The translations under genes were made by a program, and so were the position numbers. From positions 1,364,001 through 1,428,000 of the forward strand of contig JBLDXI010000042.1 of NCBI GenBank assembly GCA_047495785.1: a DNA stretch of 64,000 nt. Direction: 5' to 3'. Below the pieces are notes generated by a model, which ran no database searches, was not told the DNA's origin, and was given only the letters and a program-made list of their open reading frames with translations. The stretch comes from Lepidodermella squamata (lineage: Eukaryota > Animalia > Gastrotricha). Shown piece after piece: positions 50,990-62,563 of the stretch (position 1 is the first letter of the stretch; each line of letters begins with the position of its first letter).

Positions 50990-52854
50990 ATGGCTAACCT
51001 TTTCGCAAAGTTTTTAGCCATTGTTGTTATGAGCTACACAGCCTATCGATACACAACTTATGGCAGATTTTGTGGGAAATACATTCTAACCCATCTTCAT
51101 AGACTCCCTCAACTTACGCCGCTGTTAATTGCGACAAAATTGTATGGATTGACTCGAGATCCCCACTTTGAACCTGGCGATGAGGGTATACTATTCTACA
51201 GTGGTTTGGATCAGCTATCGAATGGGCTTTATACCGAATCATCCGAAACTCTGACCAAAGCCTGGAAGGTTTACAATTTAACGAGGGAGGCGAATTTCCC
51301 GCATACAACGTCCCTTCTACTGATTCTCGACTATCTGCAATACAGCGCGTTTCAGGCACAAAGAATTGCTGAGGCGACCAGAATTTGCTATTCAGCCCTT
51401 GAAGACCCAGAGTTTACGCAAGACCGCAACTTTCGCAAGTTTTTCATCGAACGAATCCTAAACTACGAACTTATCATGTCGGATAAAAGCCCGACCGGTT
51501 CAGTAGATTTGACATCGAAAGGCATTGCCCAGGTTTTTCGACATGGGGATGAAGCCATGGCACTGGATTTATCAACTCAATTTTCAGTTCGAGCGATTTA
51601 TGCCCGGGAACTGGTTAAAACAGCCTGGCGATTGTTCAACGCGACAAAAGCTGCTGGGAGGACCCCGGAATTGAAGGAGGCTGAGATAATGGAGAAATAC
51701 ATCTATATGACGTTGTTAGCTGGAGAAGCTGATGAGGGCATGTTTTGGGTTGGGGAATATTTGAAAATCGCCGAGCTGGATGAGGATAAGAGGCTGAACT
51801 TCTTGGAAACTGTTGAAAAGTACAAAAACAACGGCATCTACACTTACTTAGAAGTAAGTCTTGTTTCATCCTATGCTCGGTTTCATTCGAGTTGAGGATT
51901 TTGAAGCCTTCATTTTGACGTCTCAAGACCTACTCAACTATTTGATCATTTTTCTAGCACCAAGGCACTAAACTCGACTCGGCGCCAATCGATGAACAGA
52001 TAGCCAGAGCGAAGCAACTCGAAAACACTGAGGCCTACGAAATGTGCCGGCCTGATGCTGAATACCGCGGTAAAGTAAAGCGCCTCTCCGAAAACCCGAA
52101 ACTCTACTGCCGTTACACAAATCGAGGCCGCCATCCTTTCCTAATCTACTCTCCAGCTAAGGAGGAAATTCTAAGCTTCGATCCTATTGCTATCATAATC
52201 CACGACCTGATAAGGCCGACGTTGGTTGAGAGATTCATTGAAGTGTCAAAACCTGGTTTGGTCAAAGCTGGAACTTTGAATCACGAAAGCGGCGCGCCGA
52301 CTGTTCACTACCAGCAAAGAAGGTCCAACCACACGTGGCTGCCTTCAGTCCACTTCCCGAACATAACTCGTCAAATCGAGGCAATTTTCGCCCTAGATCC
52401 GACTGATCACTACTCTTGCGAAGAGTATCAAGTCAATAGGTACGGAATTGGGGGCCACTACGGGGTTCATCGGGACTACATGCACCCGTCGGTGGATCAG
52501 AGACTTGGCGATCGAATCGCGACTCTTCTGATCTATTTCAATGACGTTGAAGAGGGTGGAGCGACTATTTTCAATCTGCTAGGGCTTCGCGTGGCTCCCG
52601 AGGCTGGGTCTGGCCTGTTTTGGTACAGTCTACACCGGAATGAGACATTGGATGCCAGGACAGCGCATTCGGCTTGCCCTGTTTTAAAGGGCGAGAAATG
52701 GGTGGCGAATAAATGGTTCCGGTTTCGGGGTCAACTTCATCTTAAACCGTGTGGGAAAACTTCGGGAGAGCCATTCACCTTAAAAGACTTTATCGCACCT
52801 GAATGGATCAAATATAAACCGTTAACATATCGATATCCCGGCTTTACAGGCTAA
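50990..52854 (+). CDS. Prolyl 4-hydroxylase alpha-like paralogue 4 with duplicated N-terminal helical module (2 exons)
   Basis: Intron 51854-51957 is in frame. Motifs YGIGGHYGVHRD, HSACP, KWVANKW. Two AW(K/R)xxN helical repeats precede the catalytic domain. Confidence 0.88.
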
Positions 52855-53035
52855 AGATAGGAAATAATTGATTGATATGAGCCTTGTCTTGTTTTCTCGT
52901 CGAAAACAGCCTCAGGCCTCAGGCACCAGGGTTCAAGGTTTCCTACTCCATCGGCATGCTTTATTCTTCTTCTCAGATATAAGTTTCTCTCCCACGCTAT
53001 TTCTCAATCACTCTTCTCTTCATTGCTCATCACTC

Positions 53036-54709
53036 TCAACCTTGCTTTGGATGCAGTATGTAAGTTGCTTTGTAGGCACTGAACGTCGCAGAGGCTGGCG
53101 CAGGTTCTTGATCTAAATCGCACCTAGGATACAACGCGCAGCCTCCATTTGTTGTGTCGTGGGTGAAGAAGAAGCAACCAATGGTGAACAGGCACTGCCC
53201 GGCACAATCTTCAGCGGTTGTAACGCCACGGAGAAATTGAATCACAGTCGTGCGGCAGCCAGCGTTAACCTTGGTGTAAGATTTCAGATTGTTCACTGGC
53301 AGAAAAACATAAATGCAAATAGGTATATTATAGGATATAGAAAATGATAACAGGGCACCCAAAAGTGCGCGTAGTAGGATCCTCGAAGTAAGGGTACTTT
53401 CGGTCAAATTTTATGACCTATCGGTTCCCCTTTAGTTATGTGCGGGTTTTCCACCTCAACATTGCGAACTAAATTTTGATAAAAAATTCGAGAATCTCCA
53501 AAAATAATTAAAATAATTAATTAAATAATTTCAATGAAAAATCAAGTTCACGAGTAAAATAGGTGTCTAGTTGCCGCTATTCAGTGCTACTGTGTTATAC
53601 CCGGGTGATTGAGTATTTAAGTTTTAGGAATTTTCTTACCTGGAGCTGCAACGACCCGACTCGGATGCACCGTGTAAGTTGCTTTGTAGCCGCTGAACGT
53701 TGCCGAGGCTGGAATAGATTCCAGATCTAAATCGCATCTCGGATACAAAGCGCAGTCTCTAGTTTTCGTGTCGTGGCTAAAGAAGAAGCATCCATTGACG
53801 AAAAGGCATTGTCCAGCACAATCTTCGACGGCTGTAACGCCACGAAGAACTTGAATCACGGTTGTACGGCAGCGAGCGTTAACCTTGGTGTAAGATTTCA
53901 GATTGTTTGCTGCTTTTGAAAAAATCACAGAATCAGAAAATAAGTTTCTTCAGTGAAGAAATTCCTTGCCAATCAATGTTGAACATTATGAAATTGAAAA
54001 GCTTCTCTGCCAAAAAATGTCTCACAATTGTGCTTTTGCTTGAGGTTTTTGAGAACGCCAATGCGCTAAGAGGAAATGTTCAGATTCCCAACCCTAACCC
54101 AAGCTTTATCTCCTTTATAGGTTAGGTGCCCCCAGTTCTGTAGACCCAGTTACGCCACTGAGTTAGGGTTATGGTCCAACTTCCAACTTCGGGTTAGGGT
54201 TAGGTTAGGGTAACCCAAGCATTATCCCCCATAATTTATACGCCGTAGGAGTTAGAAAATTATTCAATTGTATACCAAGATCGGAAAAATTCCCTGGTAA
54301 TTTTTACCTGGCTGGGTTGCAACCACACGACGTGGATGTACCGTGTAAGTGGCTCTGTAGCCGCTCCACGTTGTAGAGGCTGGGAAAGGTTCTTCATAGG
54401 GGTCGCATCTCGGAAAGATACCACAGCCTTTAGATTTCGTGTCGTAGGCGAAGAAGAAGCACCCATCTGTGTAGAGGCATAGTCCAGCACATTCTTCCGC
54501 AGTTGAGAAGCCACCCAAGAACTGAATCGGAGACACAGGGCAGCGAGTGTTAACCTTGTTAAAGGAAGCCAAAGGGTTAGCTGTGAAGTGTTTCAATCAG
54601 CGTTAAATGCGGTAGAATATCGCTGGAAGTTGGACAAACTTTGTGCCTGCGTCGAAACCGAGAGAGCTACGACATACAAAGCAAAACAATGCAAGAAATT
54701 GAATAGCAT
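53036..54709 (-). CDS. Secreted protein with three PAN/apple domains (one per exon)
   Basis: Signal exon MLFNFLHCFALYVVALSVSTQAQ, then three similar exons (CAGxCL..GCFFF.HD..C.LYPRCD) at about 54308-54580, 53639-53891 and 53036-53297. Confidence 0.8.
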
Positions 54710-55119
54710 TTTGCCGACAGAGGCTTAAAAATTAAACAGCTATGTAGGTAAGAACGCGTCAAATGAATTCGAAAAATTGCTCTAACGAAAACAAGCACTA
54801 GTGTTTGAACATCTGTAGCATTACGAATTCTTACGACACCATCACTTATTTTTTGTCGGCGCGCGAAAATTTTCAGAATTTAAGCGATGCGTCAACGGCG
54901 GAAGCAGCTGAAAGTCAAATGAATACGTTTTTTCTTCTGTTAAATATTTCTACAATCTACAATGCTCCAGCTAAAGACAATGCTCAATGCTCATCCTTCG
55001 TCCTAACAGTATAATGAAGAAAAAAGACAATAGTGTCTCTCGATCAAGGTTAAAACTGAATTTATTACTCAAACTTAACGCGAAACAGTGGATTTGATCT
55101 TGGAAATAAATATCTGATT

Positions 55120-56154
55120 TTATCTCGATTTTTCATCGTCATGAATCGCAGTTTCATTCGCTTCTAAACCCGATGGCTTTTTGCCCCAAATTTTCGGAAC
55201 GTCCTCCTTTGAGGCCGCGAATGTCCCGAGCCAGTAGTCGAACGGCATTGTTATCGCGCCGTAGTTACAGTCGAAATGACTGTGGTGAAGGGAGTGGTAG
55301 TAGTTCCCTGAACCAAACGGCCAAACATAGCCATCATGGCCAACCCAGGCAGCGATTGCACAATCTACAAAAACCGCCACTGCTACAACCGGATGAACAC
55401 CGAATGGTAAGACGCAAAACGCTGACATGTAATAAATCGTCGATTCAACAGGATGCATACTAGTCCCCGAAAATGCCGTGATATTGTAGGATTTATGATG
55501 TAAGGAATGGACCCAGCGATATAGGATTTTCCCGAAATCGGGTACGTAGTCCAATCGCCAGGGATGCATGACCCTATGCATAAGGTAAAAGTGGCCGTTT
55601 CGCCAATAAGGCATTCCTAATACCAGTAATAGGTGTAAAACTGGTTTGTCCCAAAAAGATCGAGCCATAGGGATTAAACCCGTTGCCCAACAATGGCATA
55701 AGGCGATTTCAAGAATGCCAGCGATTATTGATGCTAGAAATGTATAGTAACAATCGTGTTTCATTTGCGCCCAGGACGGGTATTTTGGGACAATTTTGAA
55801 TTTGTACATCTTTTCCTTGTAAGGTCCGAAATACAGCCACCAGTCCCAGAATCCGCATATCAAAAATGTGCCTATGATGTTTCGCAGCAATATCGGCCAC
55901 ATCCATTCGAGGGATAGCCCTGAGGCTCGGCCATAAGCTGGGTAGGCATCACCATGTAACCAGAAAACAATGAACCAGGCAACGTAGAAATGCCGAAGAG
56001 CTGCTCCATATGCTGTCAAGTGATGCGTGAATGTCGCGTAAGGTACAGCCTTGAACTCAGGCTCTAATTCTGGCCCCTTGAATCGAATTGTTGTCAATAT
56101 TTGAGGAAGAGGCCATAGTAATGGTGTAAAAAAGGCTGAGATATATTCGAACAT
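55120..56154 (-). CDS. Sterol desaturase / fatty acid hydroxylase family membrane di-iron enzyme, single exon
   Basis: His boxes HRVMH, HSLHH and YHSLHH, plus SMHPVE and CNYG, with hydrophobic segments. Confidence 0.88.
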   Translation of the reverse strand: MFEYISAFFTPLLWPLPQILTTIRFKGPELEPEFKAVPYATFTHHLTAYGAALRHFYVAWFIVFWLHGDAYPAYGRASGLSLEWMWPILLRNIIGTFLICGFWDWWLYFGPYKEKMYKFKIVPKYPSWAQMKHDCYYTFLASIIAGILEIALCHCWATGLIPMARSFWDKPVLHLLLVLGMPYWRNGHFYLMHRVMHPWRLDYVPDFGKILYRWVHSLHHKSYNITAFSGTSMHPVESTIYYMSAFCVLPFGVHPVVAVAVFVDCAIAAWVGHDGYVWPFGSGNYYHSLHHSHFDCNYGAITMPFDYWLGTFAASKEDVPKIWGKKPSGLEANETAIHDDEKSR

Positions 56155-56300
56155 CTTTCTGAGGGTAGAAAAGATAGCGAGTCCTTTAGCATCAGAACTT
56201 CATAGTCTTATCGTTGGTTGATAAGAATTGCCCACACCCTCTCTTATCTCATGAGTTTCATGGCTCAAAAAATGTGACAAAATGGCAAAAAGCTGGAAAA

Positions 56301-56745
56301 ATGTTGATGCATAGCTCTATTTTCCTGCTGGCAATCGTTGCCTCTTCTTGCTTTGCGGGTCCATGCGAGATTTCGCAGTATGGTTGTCGTGGCATGGGGG
56401 ATTCTTGCATTCCAAGTCAACCCAAGTGCTGCAGGAATTTGTATAGGATTATCACATTAATGTTCTCTAAAACCTTTCCTAACTGCAAATTTTCAGGATT
56501 TGTGTGAAAAATTCTGGTAACGGCGAAGATTCAGGCCGATGTCTGGTTAAGTTGTTCAATGTACAACCATCAGACTGTCTACCAAAATGGTCCTATTGCG
56601 ACCCTCATGATGACAAATGCTGCCCCGGGAAGTAAGCTACCCTAGATTTCGTTTAAAATTACCGTTTTATTTCTTGAAATCTAATAGCATGTGCAGCATG
56701 CCTCTAGGTCAAAACTGCGGCAGCTGCACTCCTTCAAACCAGTAA
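56301..56745 (+). CDS. Secreted double inhibitor-cystine-knot (knottin)-like peptide, 110 aa, 3 exons
   Basis: Exons 56301-56440, 56497-56631 and 56688-56745 splice in frame to a signal peptide plus two C-C-CC-C-C modules. Confidence 0.8.
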
Positions 56746-57547
56746 ACGTTGACGCTTGCAAGAACTAACTCAGAAAAATGTGTTGTTTTATTATGAAATG
56801 CTGTTAACACTTAGGAATGCAAACAGGGCTTGAACCAGAGTTTTTCTTGCCGCAGTAACTGTAAAATATTAAAATGAAATAAAGACATTGAAAACATAGA
56901 GACTGAACCATGCCGGGCAGCATTTATCAGCCAATAGATCGCAGGGACTTCCATCCGGCAAGCATTTCGCCCCAGCTTGAGATTTAACCGTACAAACACC
57001 ATAAGATCCCATATCCTTACAAAACCTGGCTTCAGAAATAATGATGCAATTGATCCAAGCGTAAAATCACTCACAATCCATCACAGCAGTGATGCAGCTC
57101 GAAGCCGTTTGGATCGCACTGCATGCCTTCGGTTTTGCAATGCCCAGCTCTTGGGATCGATTTCGAGCTCACAAACAATGAGGTTAAAACTAAGAGCGCT
57201 AAGCAACAATTCATCATAAATGATTAATCAGGCTGTACTGTATTGTTATAAGTCGAAAAGCAATTTTATCATGAGATGAATATGTGTTTGCTGTTTGAAA
57301 ATCTGGTGTAAGTAACACAAGATGATCTTTCATGATCTATGGTCGCCATGTGTTGCATTGAGCACGATGATGTTACGAAAGTTATATGCTCGCCATGCTT
57401 CTGGGTTGTTTTCTTTACAAAAATTAAACTATTGACGATAGTTCGTGCTACATACTCATGACAAGATTTCAATAGGAGATTAAAGAAGCGTTTCGAAATA
57501 AAGAATGGTGAAGATTGTTTGTTTTCAAGGCACATGACTGCAGACTG

Positions 57548-59748
57548 CTAACATCCACCATTCTGGCAAGAACCTGCTGTAGAAAAATAGGCGTAAGTAC
57601 GTAATCTCAATGTTGATCGCGCCACATACCTGAAACCCCTGTTAAAAGAATGAGATTTTGAAAATAATACCTATTATGTCAGTTGAAAACTAACTTGTAA
57701 AGCAGTCGGGGCCAGTCCATCCAGCGTAGCATTTACAGTTGTTAGGACTCAAGCATTCACCTCGCCGGTAACAACCCTTACGGCAAACCGCTTTAAATCA
57801 AAAGAAAACAAAATATCCTATTTAAAGAGAGAAACGTCACAATCAGATCACAAACTAACGCTGTGAACAATCTGGGGCTATCCAGTCAGCAGTGCATGCA
57901 CATCGATTTGGCCTGATGCAAGTTCCACCGTTCGGACACCCTTGTGCGCATGATGCTATAAAGAATAAATGTTACCAGTTCGGATCTCAAAGCTTCAAAC
58001 TTGTTTGTTTCGACTTCAAATCACGACTGACGCGAAACAGCAAAAGCGACAAAACTGGCTTCAAAGTTTACGGGTGAAAATCGCTACTTTCGAAAAAGCG
58101 CGCTACAGTTCAGATTTTTTTGGATAATCTGAGGTGAGGAATCTTGCCCGATATTCAACAATTTGGATGGAATCAAGCTAGTGCTTCCACGTCAACCTGA
58201 ATCGACCTTGTCAATCCTTTTCGGTGACACCTTGGCGTTTCCCGTCCTTTGAGGTTGATGGGAGTCTCATAGAGATCTGAATTCTGAAAATTCATAATCC
58301 TAAAGAAAAACCGAGTACGAACATCGTGGAATCCAAGAATCGTCCCCCTTCAAGTCAAAACGCTTTTGAAATCTCGCGAACCCCCACTTTTCACTTGTTA
58401 ACAGTCATACTATTTCTAAAGTGGTTACCGAGACATGAAATTTTGATATGAAATAATTCATAGATTTCACTGTAATGGATGTCTTTCGCTTCCTTACGTG
58501 TGTCGCATAAAATGCCAGACCAGCCGGAAGCGCACGTGCAAGTGTTCCGTGCAGTGCATCGTCCTCCGAGGCCACATCCTGGGTTGCATGTTGCTTGATG
58601 CATAAATATAATTGATTTTTTGTAGATTTATGAAGGTCTCAACTCACGGACGCTGCAATCCCAGCCTGTCCAGCCGTCTATGCACGTGCATCGATAGCCG
58701 CCCAAGCTATTGAGGTCTCCAACACAGCTGTCGGGCGTGCAATTCGCGGGGCAAGATATCTCTACGGATAAAATTAGAATCCAGATTTTCAAAATAACGA
58801 AAAAAATAATTTATAATTCTTCAAGGTTCAATTTATGGCTTCACCGAGGCAAAATTTCGGAATTTCATCTGGTCATGGGAGTATTTAGAAAGGGTATTTA
58901 GAAAGGCACTCAAAGCGTTCTAACGATTTATTAGCTGGCATTGATTTCGGACAGTTGAGATTTGCGAAGCCGTCAGTTCTGCTTTGTAAAACGAAAGGCA
59001 CGCGTATTTGTTGTTGAACGAACCCGGGGCAACCGCGCCAATAATAATGCTGGGGTTTCTGTGTAGAAAACAGCTGAATAAAACCAGACACATTTTATTC
59101 AATTATCAACCTGTAACCGAAAGTGAGGATTTGCGACGTTTGTGGAGTTGATAATATCGAGGCCGGATTGCTGGCTGAAGTGTTGCAGTACACGTATTGC
59201 CGCAGGTCAGTTGCATTCGTTGCATTGTAAACATAAGCGACAAACTGCCAATCGGAAAAGTTACAAGTAAAACTACCGTAAGCTCCGGCGCCATTGTCAT
59301 ATCCCATGTCCCAAAATAGCGCATTAGGCTGCAAGTTTGACAGGTCACCAGACTTCAACCTCCACAGATGCATTAAATTACTGGCGCCTGAGTAGTATTC
59401 AAAAATAGCGGCTCGCTTTGGCGCATAGACAAAACCGGCGAATGTGAACGAAGACGCTCCCATGCTGACAGCAGAGTTATTGACAACCAGCCAACTCGTG
59501 TTGTCTAGCTTGTTAGTTTCGTAAGCCGTGTTCGGAAAGCCATCGGGACCTTGGGTTAGTACCCCACTTGTCGACGAAAACGTAGCATGGGCATTACTGC
59601 CGGAAATATCACGCAGGCCAAACAATGCATTCAACGGCCAGTAAGCTACTGGGTTGGGCAAGTTAGCTTGGTTGTTCAGAAATCTTGCCACATGTTCCTG
59701 GGATAAGACAGATCGCGAAATGCTGAAGATGCATATTATCAGCTTCAT
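57548..59748 (-). CDS. Secreted LamG/concanavalin-A-like domain protein with C-terminal EGF repeats (about 7 exons; 3' end uncertain)
   Basis: [21 protein letters not shown] and [13 protein letters not shown], followed by small EGF exons at about 58650-58760, 58500-58590, 57860-57955 and 57695-57790. Confidence 0.75.
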
Positions 59749-60166
59749 TTTGCAATCGAACATCATTTTTAATTGAATCTGCGAATATTTAATAAGTTTA
59801 AATGTTAGTTATCCTCCGTGAATCTTTGGTGCTGCCCCCAGCAACATTAATTATTCAGAAAGATGCGAGCACACAAATCCTAATGTTTCTTAATTCTTAA
59901 TATTTTCACGAATTATCATTAAATTTTTACAAATAAATGATGGTCGCCTGGTGATTGCCGCAACGTGCCCGATGGCTCCGTGCCCCGCGAGATTTAGCAT
60001 TTTGAGCGACGTGTTGCCAATAATTAACAACGATTTTAGCTCTCATACTACTTTTCTCGTTGCAAATAGAACTGCTGAAAGAAGTTCAACCTCAAAAAAC
60101 TGGCATAACTTCAAAATCAGAGGACTCATGTTCGGGGATTTTATTCGAGAATTTTCACAGCAAAAT

Positions 60167-62563
60167 TTAGCCGGCAAGCATTGACGGCCATCTACCACTC
60201 CAAACTGGAAAATATATGATAGTAAAAGCCGCAAAAGAATAGATGATTTCACAAGCCTGTAGTGCGACCAACTGGATATTCCAATTTGACATCATAGCAA
60301 TGATTATAAAACCCGCGAAAAATATGGTCACGCATAGTATTGAAGAAATTCTAAAAACCGCAATATCAAGTTTGTACTCGACCGATATCGGCAGTGCTTT
60401 GACCTGGTACGCATAGAATGTGCTTAGAATCAAGAAAACTGCATTGAGCCCAGCAAAAGAAGCGGAAAAAGCTGGCAAAATCGACGAAAAACAACGATTT
60501 GAAACTGTGACGTAGTACTCATCCAGATCGACATCGAACATTACAACGCTTCTCTCAGTTATCAGCCGAACTCGCTCGTAAAAATGAAGAAAAATCAAAA
60601 TAGCAACGCAGATAAGAAAAGTAGCTAAATCCATGAATATCGCGAAATATTTATATGAAAACGATTTCGCAGGCGTTCCATTTGTTGGCGGCATTGCAAC
60701 CCCAAATTGCCTCGCCCAGGTTCCAGAATACGCGGGAACTGTCACGCTGCTTCGAAATGACGATTTCACGACTCGAGTTTCCTTTTTACCTGTTGGAGCT
60801 GCTGTAGTAGTAGCCAGACCATGATTTACATGCCCAGTTAGGGTGACGGACCTAGCGAATATCGTTGAGTTGATGATAGAGAACCCTAGAATTGGCATAA
60901 TGGCAATCCAAGGACAAATTCCGTCGTAATCTGCGAAAACTTGGAGTAAAACGCTTGAATCTAAAAACAGAACGCCGATAGCGATGAGCCCTGATCCAAT
61001 CAAGTCGAAGTGAGGATTCGGCCCGATTTTGAATGATATTCGGCAGTAACCGACCCTTGCGAGGCAAATCATTTTCCCGAGCATTAGAAACAATGTTATA
61101 GCCGAAATTACTGATTTATGGCTAATGGGCAAATCGCCGCTTAGAACCGCAATGTTGGACAGATCTCTAGGCGGTTGGCCGGATTTTGTAAAGAAAACAG
61201 GTTGCTTTGGGTCTTTTTTGTACGGATGAATTTCGTACTGTTCCATCTTGAGCTCTGCCGTCGTAGCATTCGGTTTGTAAATCGTGTAAATGTGCTGAAA
61301 ATCGCCGTTTAAAAACTGGGAAATGGACTGATTCTCGGAATCGACCTCAAAGCGTTGCGATAAATACAAACGGCCTGATCGTATGCTGATGAAATCCAAC
61401 TCAGAAGCCGCTCTGTACAACATCGGCTGAGATTCCGAACTATATTCCTTCAACGAAATGTTGAAGTATTGTTTCAGGTATCTATCAGTTTTGTTGAGGG
61501 TGTATATGGCTGCTGTAATGAGGTCCAGGCAACCTGTTCGGCCGAAATAACCGCCCATAGCAAAAGCTCGAGGTCCGAGCTTTTCGACCAGCTTCCTATC
61601 AAGATCTTGAGCTGAATAGCCCAAACTACCAGGCCCATCGTAGTCGCCGAACAGTCGGGTTACCCCGACCCAAAATGTGATCTTCATTTGTTCGAAAACG
61701 ACCTCGGGCTTTGAACATTCGCGGGGAAATGGGACAATCTTAGGGTCAAGAAGCGTGTAGCAGCTTACGCTGATTACGAACATGTAACTCGGCGCTGTAA
61801 TCCCGGCTTGATAGGCCTGGCAGAGGATTCGAAGGCAAATTCCAGCAGCATTCGACGCGATGGCTATGACGAAAACCCTAGCGTTACTGTTTTTCATTTC
61901 GTAAGCGAAATCAGGCTTTGTAAAATCTTCATCAGTTATCAAAGCTGTTACTGTAATTCCGTTGCTTGAAAAAATCGATGTGACCTGTTTAGCTAGGGCG
62001 TAGTCGACGGCAGCTGCTGAGGTGATAACTCCAACCTGTTTCCATTTTCCAATGCTTTTGATGACGCGAAGGTACGCGAATATCGTGTTTTCAACCGGCA
62101 ATTGAGGCCGTTGTAGTGCGATGTGCCTCTCTCGAGGTACAGTTAGAGTTATTGCTGAACAGCCCCCGGTGTAAGCAATGGAGTTGTAGGCTCTAACTAT
62201 TGGCGCGTAAAATTGGCAATTCGTCGACGAGCCGAGGATAACCGGCGATAGAAAAGCATTTTCTTGTGGCTTTGATCGAAAGTTTTCAACGAAATTGACG
62301 TAATTCGTTGGGATGATTTCGCTTCGAGAGCCCTCGTCGATTTCGGCGATATCGATTTCGTAATCAGGCAGCAGGTCGCTGCGTTTGTTGACCTCCTCGG
62401 CAATGAGGTTGTACACGGCCGAGCATACAGGATTTTGATATATCGGCACGCTTTTACCGAGAAAAGCGATGAGTATCAGTTTGGTCTTCGAAGCATCCGT
62501 CGAGTTATCTGCTAAGCCCAAGATAGGACTGCAAGATATAGCTAAAAGTATTCCAAGGAACAT
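60167..62563 (-). CDS. Divergent GABA-B-like class C GPCR (single exon, 798 aa)
   Basis: Signal peptide, VNKRSDLLPDY, KWKQVGVI, LCQAYQAGITAPSY, seven hydrophobic segments ending YFP; clear paralogue of 32728-35365. Confidence 0.85.
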   Translation of the reverse strand: MFLGILLAISCSPILGLADNSTDASKTKLILIAFLGKSVPIYQNPVCSAVYNLIAEEVNKRSDLLPDYEIDIAEIDEGSRSEIIPTNYVNFVENFRSKPQENAFLSPVILGSSTNCQFYAPIVRAYNSIAYTGGCSAITLTVPRERHIALQRPQLPVENTIFAYLRVIKSIGKWKQVGVITSAAAVDYALAKQVTSIFSSNGITVTALITDEDFTKPDFAYEMKNSNARVFVIAIASNAAGICLRILCQAYQAGITAPSYMFVISVSCYTLLDPKIVPFPRECSKPEVVFEQMKITFWVGVTRLFGDYDGPGSLGYSAQDLDRKLVEKLGPRAFAMGGYFGRTGCLDLITAAIYTLNKTDRYLKQYFNISLKEYSSESQPMLYRAASELDFISIRSGRLYLSQRFEVDSENQSISQFLNGDFQHIYTIYKPNATTAELKMEQYEIHPYKKDPKQPVFFTKSGQPPRDLSNIAVLSGDLPISHKSVISAITLFLMLGKMICLARVGYCRISFKIGPNPHFDLIGSGLIAIGVLFLDSSVLLQVFADYDGICPWIAIMPILGFSIINSTIFARSVTLTGHVNHGLATTTAAPTGKKETRVVKSSFRSSVTVPAYSGTWARQFGVAMPPTNGTPAKSFSYKYFAIFMDLATFLICVAILIFLHFYERVRLITERSVVMFDVDLDEYYVTVSNRCFSSILPAFSASFAGLNAVFLILSTFYAYQVKALPISVEYKLDIAVFRISSILCVTIFFAGFIIIAMMSNWNIQLVALQACEIIYSFAAFTIIYFPVWSGRWPSMLAG

